A stretch of 64,000 nucleotides of DNA from a virus: positions 32,001 to 96,000 of IMG/VR virus record IMGVR_UViG_3300045988_108820; one strand, given 5' to 3'. The position numbers and the translations under genes are program-made. Below are positions 13,001-21,684 of this stretch, piece after piece; position 1 is the stretch's first letter, and every line of letters starts with the position of its first letter. Under the pieces are notes generated by a model. The model was not told the DNA's origin and made no database searches. It saw only the letters and a list, made by a program, of their open reading frames with translations.

Positions 13001-13276
13001 CTAAAACCTGTAACTGTAACAGAAGAATCTAATGGGGAATCAATATCTACTACAATCCCCAATCTACACTTTCTAAAGAATAGAGCTTTAATTAAAGAAT
13101 TAATGCTTTATAATCCTGCTATTAATGTAGATAGAATTATGTCTATGTGTCAACTCATGTTATATAGAGAAGAAAAGATGATTCTTTATCAAGGAGAACC
13201 TAGAAGAGCAGAGAAAAGAATTGATTCTACTTATCTAGGAAATGATCCATTCTTTAATAAAAACTATAAACAGTAA
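10025..13276 (+). CDS. terL: terminase large subunit, interrupted by an intein
   Basis: Removing residues 187-532 rejoins the Walker A motif ASRGKGK|SYSAAS. A Walker B-like GVLYLLEEAG follows downstream. The gene sits directly upstream of the portal. The extein is 737 aa. Confidence 0.9.
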   Translation: MNKYQTEYSKEYIESLPKEVQEQYYDFITSVPYISKLLSDNRKYAKDLPRDNEGKIIIDVTEPHILENTDYFRPSAIHYQQYGCYTKLKPNANPNSEYGKWIREEVRRCWEGYIRPEDGEWITGDMYFFLNYCPIQLIKKDSNGKSIRTIDFPKFWDGHYYKFHYLNQCRNEGHHAAELASRGKGKAHPYSQKILTPFGWKYWGDIQIGDYIYGDNGELTKVVDIPYDEVSDIYTVTLLDGRKVQCTNGHLFKVKNHKTKRIEIKPLIEIIKDYKSTRKVSNKTPNGIEYNYRIPKITNAVYFPSKRVPIDPYTLGLLLGDGCFRVISAKNYVLFTCDKEDYYTYEENIPYKIDKVTNNNYTHAIRFSVEPLINYKLYGLKSEHKFIPRDYLVNDRNVRLEILRGLMDSDGTVDKTSGIPVFSTTSEKLKEDFIFLCRSLGYNVSCSLHDSKFNNITYKSHYRIRVITNDPIFKLGRKLKLLNNFTSSYAKSKRDYTTIIDIQYSHKEQAKCITVNNESHCYIIGDFVVTHNSYSAASMLAKRFILGESNDVKKKVQCVATASERKYIQGANQLLDMFQYYIDFCANNTEFPRQRITSSLQNLAWTMGYVDSETNTRRGTENSVIGITSKDDESKLRGSRGVLYLLEEAGSFPRLLNLYQVLRPSVEDGNSVWGLIYLYGTAGDSDSDFSSMQELMYNPKGYNIKAINNVYDKEGQGRKQFTYFFPGYMNRADCYDKDGNSDVNKALIEILLDRYKVKYNSTDINAITKRIAEIPITPQEAILKTKDNIFPITELTKRLNEIDNNPNFFDDIYVGDLAFNKQGKVEFNATTTDTPIRDFPTKDNKVQGAIEIYEMPQEIHGKVPNERYILSLDNYENDQAQSMSLGSVFVLDLWTDRIVAEYTGRPMFVDDLNEICRKLCLFYNGKVMVENNKKNTFAYFSKMNSLHLMADTPEYLKNKQILKVNTFGNASKGCPATVPVINFSMERLRDWLLKPVTVTEESNGESISTTIPNLHFLKNRALIKELMLYNPAINVDRIMSMCQLMLYREEKMILYQGEPRRAEKRIDSTYLGNDPFFNKNYKQ
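10583..11620 (+). mobile_element. intein (346 aa) with a LAGLIDADG homing-endonuclease domain, inserted in the TerL P-loop
   Basis: N-terminus AHPYSQKILTPFGW (Ala1 in place of Cys/Ser), block B TNGH, LAGLIDADG motifs LGLLLGDGCF and LRGLMDSDGTV, block F-like AKCITV, C-terminus VVTHN followed by Ser+1. Confidence 0.85.
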
Positions 13277-13297
13277 ATTTAGTAGAAAGTAGTAAAT

Positions 13298-13333
13298 AAT
13301 TCACTTAGATTATTGTCTGAGTGAATTTTTTTA
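13298..13333 (+). terminator. terminator after terL
   Basis: AATTCACT-14 nt-AGTGAATT followed by TTTTT. Confidence 0.55.
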
Positions 13334-13343
13334 TATAACTTTG
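13312..13343 (+). promoter_or_regulatory. Bacteroidota-type promoter ahead of the portal gene
   Basis: ATTG-N20-TAACTTTG (13336-13343). The -33 element lies in the terminator loop. Confidence 0.55.
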
Positions 13344-13365
13344 TGAAGTTAAATAAATAAGAATT

Positions 13366-15774
13366 ATGAGTGAATTTTTGCAATTTCCACCTCAGCAACT
13401 TCCTATGAGTAAGAAGACAAAGAAATGGAGAAAGCAGATTCTTGATTGGGGTTCTAATAGGGCTACTATCAGTAGTTCATTAGTTAGGAAAAGTGTAATA
13501 CATAAAAAGATTAATTATGATCTACTCAATGGTATAATACACCTTAATGATATGATGACTATAATTAATCCAGATAATATACAAGCACAGTTTATTCCTA
13601 ATAAAATTCAACATTACCCTATTATGAATTCTAAACTCAATGTCTTGAGAGGTGAAGAGTCTAAAAGGGTCTTTGACTTTAGAGTTGTTATCACCAACCC
13701 TAATTCCATCTCAGAAATTGAGAATAATAAGAAGCAAGCTTTACTCCAAGATATACAACAAGCAGTTGCTGATGAGTCACAATCAGAGGAAGAATTTAAT
13801 GCTAGATTAGAGAAACTGAATGATTATTATACATTTGAATGGCAAGATATGAGAGAAGTAAGAGCCAATGCTTTACTTAATCATTATGCTAAGGAGTATA
13901 ATATGCCCCTTATATTTAATAAGGGATTCATGGATGCTATGACAGTTGCTGAAGAAATTTATCAATGTGATATTGTAGGAGGTGAACCTGTTATTGAAAA
14001 GCTTAATCCAAATAAAGTTAGAATTTATAAATCAGGATATTCTAATAGAATAGAAGATGCTGATGTTATTGTAGTGGAAGACTACTGGAGTCCTGGCAGA
14101 ATAATTGATACCTATTATGATGTATTATCTAATAAAGATAGAGAATATATAGAAAATTTACCAGATTCTACAGGAGAAAGTGGAAGTGAATCTACTTACT
14201 TTTCTAACCCTAGAAATGAATTTATTAGGGTAGAAGATACATCACTTGGAGATGCTGTCTATAAAGATGGTTTCTTCTGGTCTCCAACAGGAGAAGGAAA
14301 TAGTTCCATGAATTCTATGTTACCTTATGATATAGAAGGTAATATCAGAGTAGTTAGAATGTTTTGGAAATCTAGAAGGAGAATTAAGAAAATTAAATAT
14401 TATGATGAGAATGGTGAAGAACAGTTTAAGTTTAGAGATGAAAACTATGTAGTCAACACTGATTTAGGAGAAGAAGAACAAATACTTTATGTTAATGAAG
14501 CTTGGGAAGGTACTAAGATAGGTGAAGATATCTATGTTAATATGAGACCAAGAGTAGTTCAATATAATAGATTAAGTAATCCTTCAAGATGTCACTTTGG
14601 TATCATAGGTTCTATTTATAATCTTAATGACGATAGACCTTTTTCATTAGTGGATATGATGAAACCTTTTAACTATCTCTATGATGCTATCCATGATAGA
14701 TTAAATAAGTTATTAGCTAAAAACTGGGGTAGAATAGTAACTCTAGATTTAGCTAAAGTTCCTACTGGATGGGATGTAGAGAAATGGCTCTATTTTGCAA
14801 AGACAAATAACATTGCAGTAGTAGATAGTTTCAAAGAAGGTAATATTGGTGCAGCTACAGGTAAGTTAGCTGGTGCTATGAATAATGCTTCTAGTGGAGT
14901 TATTGATGCTGAGCTTGGTAATTCTATACAACAGAATATTAATTTACTTGAGTTTATCAAGATGGAAATGTCTGATGTAGCAGGTATTTCTAAGCAAAGA
15001 GAAGGTCAGATTTCAAATAGAGAAACTGTAGGTGGTGTAGAAAGAGCTACATTACAATCTTCACATATTACTGAGTGGCTATTTGTAATCCATGAGGATG
15101 TTAAGAAAAGGGCTTTAGAGTGCTTTCTTGAGACAGCTAAGATAGCTCTTAGAGGTAGAAGTAAGAAGTTCCAATATATTCTTTCTGATGGCTCTATGAA
15201 GGTTATGGATATTGATGGTGATGAATTTGCTGAGGCTGATTATGGTCTTGTGGTTGATAATAGTAATGCTATACAAGAGTTACAACAAAAGATGGATATG
15301 CTAGCTCAGGCAGCCCTACAAAATCAAACATTAAATTTCTCTACTATTATGAAACTATATAATAGTTGTTCTATGGCTGAGAAGCAGAGAATAGTTGAAA
15401 GAAATGAACAAGAACTGATACAAAGACAGCAAGAAGCACAACAGCAACAGCTTCAACAGCAGCAACAACAAGCTGAAATGGAAGCCCAAGCTAAGGAACA
15501 AGAGATGCAGTTGAAAGATACAATGAATCAAAGGGATAATGAAACTAAGATTCTAGTAGCTACAATATCTGCTAACTCAAATCAAGAAAGTGATGATGGT
15601 GTTCAAGAACAACCATTTTCAGAGGAAGCTAGAGCTAATCTACTTGAGAAGATGAGACAATTTGATCAAAAAATGAAATTAGATAGAGAAAAACTAGAAT
15701 TGGATAAATATAAGTCTAGAGAGGATATTAGACTAAAAGAAAAATCATTAAATAAGAAAACTAATATTAAATAA
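13366..15774 (+). CDS. portal protein
   Basis: 802 aa, immediately downstream of terL. Size and position are as in crAss-like phages. The C-terminal tail is Q/E-rich coiled coil (QQQLQQQQQQ). Assigned by position only, with no motif evidence. Confidence 0.7.
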   Translation: MSEFLQFPPQQLPMSKKTKKWRKQILDWGSNRATISSSLVRKSVIHKKINYDLLNGIIHLNDMMTIINPDNIQAQFIPNKIQHYPIMNSKLNVLRGEESKRVFDFRVVITNPNSISEIENNKKQALLQDIQQAVADESQSEEEFNARLEKLNDYYTFEWQDMREVRANALLNHYAKEYNMPLIFNKGFMDAMTVAEEIYQCDIVGGEPVIEKLNPNKVRIYKSGYSNRIEDADVIVVEDYWSPGRIIDTYYDVLSNKDREYIENLPDSTGESGSESTYFSNPRNEFIRVEDTSLGDAVYKDGFFWSPTGEGNSSMNSMLPYDIEGNIRVVRMFWKSRRRIKKIKYYDENGEEQFKFRDENYVVNTDLGEEEQILYVNEAWEGTKIGEDIYVNMRPRVVQYNRLSNPSRCHFGIIGSIYNLNDDRPFSLVDMMKPFNYLYDAIHDRLNKLLAKNWGRIVTLDLAKVPTGWDVEKWLYFAKTNNIAVVDSFKEGNIGAATGKLAGAMNNASSGVIDAELGNSIQQNINLLEFIKMEMSDVAGISKQREGQISNRETVGGVERATLQSSHITEWLFVIHEDVKKRALECFLETAKIALRGRSKKFQYILSDGSMKVMDIDGDEFAEADYGLVVDNSNAIQELQQKMDMLAQAALQNQTLNFSTIMKLYNSCSMAEKQRIVERNEQELIQRQQEAQQQQLQQQQQQAEMEAQAKEQEMQLKDTMNQRDNETKILVATISANSNQESDDGVQEQPFSEEARANLLEKMRQFDQKMKLDREKLELDKYKSREDIRLKEKSLNKKTNIK

Positions 15775-15775
15775 T

Positions 15776-16399
15776 ATGAGAAAATTTGCAGGAATTATTG
15801 AATCTACAACAGTAGCTCCTCCTACTAATTGTTTATGGATTAAAGGTAATGATGCTTTATATTTTACTAATGGTAAATGGGTATCTCTTTTAGCTGAAGA
15901 CAGTGCAGATAGAATAGAGCTTGAAACTAAAGTAGATGATTTAGATAAAGAGGTTGGACAAATTAAGAAAGATTTATCTGTTTTTGGTTCAGAACAGGGT
16001 GTAGTAGAATTAGCTATAGGCAATACTCCAGAAATAAAGGCAGCTAACTTAGATAAATTAAAGACTATTCAATCTAATGACCATACATTTTTCACTGATA
16101 TTAACTATGGTTATGGTACTGCATCTTGGTTACCTACTACAGGAGGTAATGCTCTTATTATAACTAACGAAGGTCATGCAGTTAAATATTCTATAGCTGC
16201 TGATGGTGAAGTTACTAAATTAAGTGAATTTACTTTAGGGGAATATACTTTACCTAAAGCTACTAAAACTACATTGGGAGGTATTAAAGCTATTATTAAT
16301 GTAGCTAATCTGGCTGAGGATGCTACTATTGCACAAGTTGTAGGAGCAGTTAATACATTATTAGGACAATTTAGAAATTGTGGTTTAATACAATTGTAA
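15776..16399 (+). CDS. fibre-like virion protein (207 aa)
   Basis: N-terminal PPTNCLWIKGNDALYFTNGKW motif, followed by a coiled coil, then a Gly/Ala/Thr-rich C-terminus. Adjacent to the portal. Confidence 0.5.
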   Translation: MRKFAGIIESTTVAPPTNCLWIKGNDALYFTNGKWVSLLAEDSADRIELETKVDDLDKEVGQIKKDLSVFGSEQGVVELAIGNTPEIKAANLDKLKTIQSNDHTFFTDINYGYGTASWLPTTGGNALIITNEGHAVKYSIAADGEVTKLSEFTLGEYTLPKATKTTLGGIKAIINVANLAEDATIAQVVGAVNTLLGQFRNCGLIQL

Positions 16400-16403
16400 T
16401 ATT

Positions 16404-19400
16404 ATGTTTTTTACTAGAGAAGATATAGAAAAAATTCACCAAGGCTTATTAAGATCTGGTATTAAAGACAGTGAATTACCAGAAACTATTAATGTTAATA
16501 GTGATGATACTTTAGCTGTGGTTCAAGATGGTAAAAATAAAAAGATTAATATTGAAGAATTCCTTAATAATATATCTCTTTTTAAGAAAGAAGGCTTTAT
16601 CAATATTACTGATAGATTTAACAAACATTCAATGTCATTAATGGAGGCTATTCAAACTGTACCAACTCATCAGAGAATAGATGGTTTGGTTATTACATTT
16701 GAGGATATTAATGGAGATTGGAGAATCTATCAGTTTAGAGGAGATGCAGTAGATTTCTTTGCTGAAAATAAATGGACTGATTTATATGACTATACTAATT
16801 ATATAGTAAAATCTATTACTCCAGATGAAGAAGATTTAACAGTATCTAAACCTGATAAAAATGGTAATGCTATAGTATCTTTAAAGGATAGAGCTTATGA
16901 TGAACCAAACTTTAGTGGGAAAGGTTATACGATACTTAGAAAGAATATTCAAACAATAGATGGGGTTAGAGGGAATATTCTTACTGACGATATGATAGAT
17001 GAATTTAATACTATATATGAAATTAGATATGACTTTGATTTAAATGGTAAGGAGATTACTATACCAAGAAATTGTGTATTAAAATTCAATGGAGGTAGTT
17101 TAAACAATGGTATTATAAATGGAAATTATGCAGAAATAGAAGCTGAAGCCTTAGATAATGTTCTTATTAATATAAAATACACTTCTCCTGTAAATTTTAA
17201 TAAACTCTATACTTATTATATTATTCCTAAAGTATGGGGTATTATTGAGGGATACATAGAGAAGGGAGAAGATGGACATTATACAGAAGAACAATATGAT
17301 ATAATGTATAATAATGGAGTAGGATTTACTAAAGCTATTGAATATGCCTCTAATAAGGGATTTAATAAAGTAGTATTTCCTAAAGGTAAATATTGTTTTA
17401 CACCATTTGACTCTGTTGTTAAATTTAGAAATTCTAACAGTATTTGGATTCATGATTTATATAATTTTGATATAGATTTAAATAGTTCAGAATTATATTT
17501 TCTAATAGATAGTACACAAAAAAGTAAATATGTTACTTTCAATTATGGTTCCATTTATGACATAAGAGGTAATTTAATAGGAATTACTACTTGCGAAAAT
17601 CTTAATATTCATAATGGAGTTATAATAGGAGATAGGCTTATTAGAACTTATACTAATAAAAATGAAAAAGGGGTTGAACAAACTTATGGTATAGTAGTAA
17701 GTGGCATTAATATTAATATTAAAATAAATGATATTGATGTTAGTAACTTTATGGGGGATGGTATTGCAGCCTTTATGAATAATATGGTACAAGTAGATTA
17801 TAAAGTAAATACTCTATCTAAGAGTACTGACAACTTACTTAGGAAAAAGTCTGAGAAACTGTATTATATTCTGAATGGTCAAATTGCTACCAATATTAAT
17901 TTAACATTTAAACAAGTAGGTTCTTCAATTACTGATTTTATAGATACAGATTCCTTAATTACTAATAATTATTTGAAACATAACCTGCTTAAAAGATATA
18001 GGAAGTCTTTTAGACTTGCTGGTAATGGAGGTTATACAAGATTAGCTAATTGCTATTGCCCTAATATAGATGTACTCGTATATGATAGTAATGCGGAAGA
18101 TGCTAAAGTTATTAGAATTATCCCGTGCTCTTTTCTTGAAGATTTTCAATTATATGAATATGAAAGATATATAAAATTACAGTTTATAAAAGATTTCGAT
18201 ATTCCTGATGAAGGAATTACAAGTAATCTTGTGGTTACTGTGAAAGGAGCTGATGGATTAACTATTAAAAATTGTTATATTCACAATAATCATAGAGGAA
18301 ATTTTACTGGAAGTATAAATAATACTACTATTAGAAAATGTATATTTGAAAAAGCTCTTACTTACAATCAAGATGTAGGTATTATAGATTACCCAGATAG
18401 TACTAATTATCATATAGATATTGAAGATTCTTTTTGTCGTAAAGTTACTATACATGATTGTGATTTTATAGGAATTGCTAAAGCAGAATTACTTTTCGGA
18501 TGCTATGATTTATCTTTTTATAATAATAGATGTAATCAGATGCCGACTATTTATAATAATATTAGTACTAATATTTATAATAATATATTTAAAAAAGGAT
18601 CAATCTTTGGGTTAGGTGTAAAAATATTTACAGAGGGAACTATAGGTGGAAGAAATAAATTACAAAGGTGTATTAATATACATGATAACTATATATATAG
18701 TTTAAACTTAAACACTGTATCATTGGATTTTATAAAAAACACAACTGTGTTATTTAACAATAACACGGGAGTTGTAAAAAGCTTTACTACTTATAACTTT
18801 AGTTCAACGGTAGAATCAGTTGCAAAATATATATTAGAAAATAATAATTTTATAGCTACAAATAATTATTTTTTCTTCTGTGACGATAACTATACAACTA
18901 TCATTACTCTTGGAAAGTGGGTAAATAATTTCTTTCTTAATAAGTTTGGAAATTTTGATAGGTATCAGTTTATAATAACTGCTGGGGATTTTATTGACAA
19001 TGTTGTTGACCTTACAGATTGTAGGATAAAATTAGGAGAATTTAGAAACAATACAATTACAAGACAAAAGTTCATTGGTTATTCTGAACTAGTAAGAAAC
19101 GCTGAAAATGACTATATGTATAAAAGTTTTAGTAACCTTGTTATAAAAAATTTACAGATAGACCCTCAGAGTAATATACCTAGTAACTCTGTTATAGAAT
19201 TTATAGACTGTGATATTACAATAAGTATTGATTATACATATCTACTAAGAAATGATAATACAACCCTTATATTTAATAGATGTAATTTCAATACAGATAA
19301 ATCTTATATTGTTAGAAATAGTATAAAGAAAGATGTAAACTGTAGATTAATTTTAAAAGATTGTACTCTTAATAATAAACCATGGTCTACTGATGTAGTA

Positions 19401-19562
19401 TTTGTATCAGGTGAGAAAAATCCAGTATGTATAAAAAGAGGGTCTTCTACTCAAAGACCTTTATATGCAGAAGATGACTTCTTATATTATGATACTACTT
19501 TAAAAAAGTATATAAGATGGAATGGAGAAGAGTGGGTTAATTCTGATGGAACAACATTATAA
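16404..19562 (+). CDS. tail spike / fibre with predicted right-handed beta-helix (possible depolymerase)
   Basis: 1052 aa. Asn/Ile-rich periodic segments (for example NCYIHNNHRGNFTGSINNTTIRKC). The C-terminus GSSTQRPLYAEDDFLYYDTTLKKYIRWNGEEWVNSDG is typical of Bacteroides-phage fibre tips. Confidence 0.6.
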   Translation: MFFTREDIEKIHQGLLRSGIKDSELPETINVNSDDTLAVVQDGKNKKINIEEFLNNISLFKKEGFINITDRFNKHSMSLMEAIQTVPTHQRIDGLVITFEDINGDWRIYQFRGDAVDFFAENKWTDLYDYTNYIVKSITPDEEDLTVSKPDKNGNAIVSLKDRAYDEPNFSGKGYTILRKNIQTIDGVRGNILTDDMIDEFNTIYEIRYDFDLNGKEITIPRNCVLKFNGGSLNNGIINGNYAEIEAEALDNVLINIKYTSPVNFNKLYTYYIIPKVWGIIEGYIEKGEDGHYTEEQYDIMYNNGVGFTKAIEYASNKGFNKVVFPKGKYCFTPFDSVVKFRNSNSIWIHDLYNFDIDLNSSELYFLIDSTQKSKYVTFNYGSIYDIRGNLIGITTCENLNIHNGVIIGDRLIRTYTNKNEKGVEQTYGIVVSGININIKINDIDVSNFMGDGIAAFMNNMVQVDYKVNTLSKSTDNLLRKKSEKLYYILNGQIATNINLTFKQVGSSITDFIDTDSLITNNYLKHNLLKRYRKSFRLAGNGGYTRLANCYCPNIDVLVYDSNAEDAKVIRIIPCSFLEDFQLYEYERYIKLQFIKDFDIPDEGITSNLVVTVKGADGLTIKNCYIHNNHRGNFTGSINNTTIRKCIFEKALTYNQDVGIIDYPDSTNYHIDIEDSFCRKVTIHDCDFIGIAKAELLFGCYDLSFYNNRCNQMPTIYNNISTNIYNNIFKKGSIFGLGVKIFTEGTIGGRNKLQRCINIHDNYIYSLNLNTVSLDFIKNTTVLFNNNTGVVKSFTTYNFSSTVESVAKYILENNNFIATNNYFFFCDDNYTTIITLGKWVNNFFLNKFGNFDRYQFIITAGDFIDNVVDLTDCRIKLGEFRNNTITRQKFIGYSELVRNAENDYMYKSFSNLVIKNLQIDPQSNIPSNSVIEFIDCDITISIDYTYLLRNDNTTLIFNRCNFNTDKSYIVRNSIKKDVNCRLILKDCTLNNKPWSTDVVFVSGEKNPVCIKRGSSTQRPLYAEDDFLYYDTTLKKYIRWNGEEWVNSDGTTL

Positions 19563-19802
19563 TATATAGATTTAAGAAATTATGTTTAAAAGCTTAAATT
19601 ATAAATATAATAAAATGAATAGAAGAAAAGTATAGTAGAAAGGCAGTTTGAACCTATAAATTTGACTTAATTAATTATACTAACAATATTATTCTGTCAG
19701 GAGTTAAGTCAAGAGAAGACATAACTAAGTACAAAGACTATCTTGACAAAGTGAAAATAAAAGAAAAAAGTACCAAAAGTTCTTGGTAAATAAATATAAT
19801 CT

Positions 19803-19835
19803 ACTTACACTCTTGTGTAAGTGGATTATTTATTA
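19803..19835 (+). terminator. terminator hairpin after the tail-spike region
   Basis: ACTTACAC-TCTT-GTGTAAGT followed by a T-rich tract. Confidence 0.5.
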
Positions 19836-19843
19836 TATATTTG
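19812..19843 (+). promoter_or_regulatory. Bacteroidota-type promoter for the lysis cassette
   Basis: CTTG-N20-TATATTTG (19836-19843). The ATG at 19848 lies only 5 nt downstream, so the mRNA would be leaderless or nearly so. Confidence 0.5.
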
Positions 19844-19847
19844 CAGT

Positions 19848-20240
19848 ATGAAAAGATTAGTATTTATTGTAATAACTATCTTATTATTTTCAGCATGTAG
19901 AACCATTACAAAAACTATAGAAGTTCCTGTTGAAATACCTGTAGAAGTTGTAAAGAAGGAATATATACATGATACTAAAATAGATAGTATATATATCAGA
20001 GATAGTATTGATAGATGGCAAAAAGGTGATACCTTATATATTACTAAATGGCATACAAAGTTCAAGTATATAAATAAGGTAGATACTATAGTTAAGACTG
20101 ACTCTATTCCAAAGATAGTGCCAGTAGTGAAGGAAGTAGAAGTAAACCACATCTATTGGTGGCAAAAGACCTTAATGTGGGCAGGGGGTATATTATCAAT
20201 TTGTATAATAATCTCTTTAATTTATAATTTTAAAAAATAA
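19848..20240 (+). CDS. lipoprotein with C-terminal TM helix (unimolecular spanin candidate)
   Basis: MKRLVFIVITILLFSAC carries a signal peptide and lipobox. The C-terminus WAGGILSICIIISLIYNF is a TM segment. The GTG start in the ORF track (19821) lies upstream of the promoter. Confidence 0.55.
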   Translation: MKRLVFIVITILLFSACRTITKTIEVPVEIPVEVVKKEYIHDTKIDSIYIRDSIDRWQKGDTLYITKWHTKFKYINKVDTIVKTDSIPKIVPVVKEVEVNHIYWWQKTLMWAGGILSICIIISLIYNFKK

Positions 20241-20611
20241 TGATTGATGTTGATATATTAATAACAGGAGGAGTTGGATTAGTAACAAGTGCAGTTTCTA
20301 GTTGGACAGCTTGGTTTTTTGCAAGAAAGAAATATAATTCAGAGGTAGATTTAAATCTTGTAGAAAAGATGGAGAAGTCATTAGAATTTTATAGAAATCT
20401 TTCAGATGATAATAAAGCAAGACTTGAAGAGATAACAGAGAGGAATAATGAACTTGAGAAAGAAGTTGCAGAATTAAGGAAGCAAGTTCTTAATCTTACT
20501 ATGAATATATGTATGGATTTAACTTGTTCTCACAGAATTAAAGAAATAACTAAGAGAAATGGGAAAAATAAAAGTAGGCTCGATGAAACAACTAGCCCTA
20601 GTAGAGGGTGA
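20240..20611 (+). CDS. N-terminal TM plus coiled-coil protein (holin/spanin-like)
   Basis: ILITGGVGLVTSAVSSWTAWFFA TM segment followed by a heptad-rich helix. Confidence 0.5.
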   Translation: MIDVDILITGGVGLVTSAVSSWTAWFFARKKYNSEVDLNLVEKMEKSLEFYRNLSDDNKARLEEITERNNELEKEVAELRKQVLNLTMNICMDLTCSHRIKEITKRNGKNKSRLDETTSPSRG

Positions 20612-20759
20612 TATTAATTTATTATCTAAGAATGAAGTTTTAATCTCAAGAGAAGAAGGATATACAATTCTTAGGAAGAAATTAGACTCTGGGAATATAG
20701 AAACATTTGTAATAGTACCATTAAAAGATTTTAATAGAAATGGAGATAGTAGTAGATAG
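20559..20759 (+). CDS. hypothetical 66-aa ORF overlapping both neighbours
   Basis: ORF track only. It overlaps the upstream gene by 53 nt and the downstream gene by 20 nt. Confidence 0.3.
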   Translation: MGKIKVGSMKQLALVEGDINLLSKNEVLISREEGYTILRKKLDSGNIETFVIVPLKDFNRNGDSSR

Positions 20760-21219
20760 AAGATTTAAGAAACCCACTTATACAATAAGTAATCTAACTA
20801 TTAATGGTAAGTGGTTCTGTAATGTAATAGAAGATACTGATAGAGACTTGGACAATACAATGTCTCCTTCATATATTAGAAAGGTAAAGGATGTAAATGG
20901 GAATGGATTAAATGATGATTCTATTACAGCTATTCCAAGAGGTACTTATAAAGTTACACTTGATGTAGTATCTCCAAAGTTTAACAAAAAGGAGTATTAT
21001 AGAAAATATTGTGGAGGAAAGGTTCCTAGAATACTTAATGTTCCTGGTTTTGATGGTATATTAATGCATTGTGGGTCTAGTGCCAAAAGCAGTGCTGGTT
21101 GTCTAATCTTAGGTTATAATAAGATTAAAGGGGGAGTAGTAGATTCCCAAAAGGCTTTTGAATTAGTGTATAGAGAGTTAATGAAAGATAAAAATAATCT
21201 AACAATTAAAATCTTATAA
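20740..21219 (+). CDS. putative peptidoglycan L,D-peptidase (YkuD-like; DUF5675-type) endolysin
   Basis: IPRGTYKVTLD...PRILNVPGFDGILMHCGSSAKSSAGCLILG matches, from memory, the ...VPGF.gI.iH.GN...DT.GCIlvG signature of the crAss-phage L,D-carboxypeptidase/transpeptidase family. Confidence 0.55.
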   Translation: MEIVVDRRFKKPTYTISNLTINGKWFCNVIEDTDRDLDNTMSPSYIRKVKDVNGNGLNDDSITAIPRGTYKVTLDVVSPKFNKKEYYRKYCGGKVPRILNVPGFDGILMHCGSSAKSSAGCLILGYNKIKGGVVDSQKAFELVYRELMKDKNNLTIKIL

Positions 21220-21221
21220 TT

Positions 21222-21323
21222 ATGGCTAAAAGTGGTAAGAAGAGACCAAAACCAATGTCTCCTAAAGCAGGAGTGGGTAAAGGAACTAAATATGGTTGTG
21301 GTGGAAAAATTAAGAAGAAGTAG
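21222..21323 (+). CDS. possible 33-aa highly basic peptide
   Basis: Hand-found ORF MAKSGKKRPKPMSPKAGVGKGTKYGCGGKIKKK. Its ATG lies 2 nt after the endolysin stop. It overlaps the start of the next ORF in another frame. Confidence 0.35.
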   Translation: MAKSGKKRPKPMSPKAGVGKGTKYGCGGKIKKK

Positions 21324-21684
21324 TTTCCATAAGCTATTACTGTTAGTGTTGAAATATATACCAATGGTAATAGCTTTATGCTATATGCTTAATACAATAC
21401 TTTATATAGAACCATTAAGTAATATAGCAGGAGTGTCTCTATTAACATGGATATTCTTATATTTAGTTTCTATTGCATTTGAGTTTTGCTCTTATCATAG
21501 AATGTTTCTTTGGTATATTCTAATAGATGACATATTAAATATAACTGATTACTATTGGAATATACCAATTAGCACTGATAATTTAATCAGAATACATAAT
21601 ATATTAGCAGGAATAACATTATTTGTAGTATTAGTTCTTTATGTTAAAAGTAATAAAATCACTATTAGAAAGAATAATAAATGA
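21292..21684 (+). CDS. multi-pass membrane protein (holin candidate)
   Basis: ORF track 21232 (GTG start). I prefer the ATG at 21292. Three to four hydrophobic helices. Confidence 0.5.
   Translation: MVVVEKLRRSSFHKLLLLVLKYIPMVIALCYMLNTILYIEPLSNIAGVSLLTWIFLYLVSIAFEFCSYHRMFLWYILIDDILNITDYYWNIPISTDNLIRIHNILAGITLFVVLVLYVKSNKITIRKNNK

Noticed and set aside
20559-20611. Programmed -1 frameshift joining ORFs 20240-20611 and 20559-20759
   Set aside because: The overlap (AAT GGG AAA AAT AAA AGT) contains no canonical X-XXY-YYZ slippery heptamer in the upstream frame, and no obvious downstream pseudoknot or hairpin.
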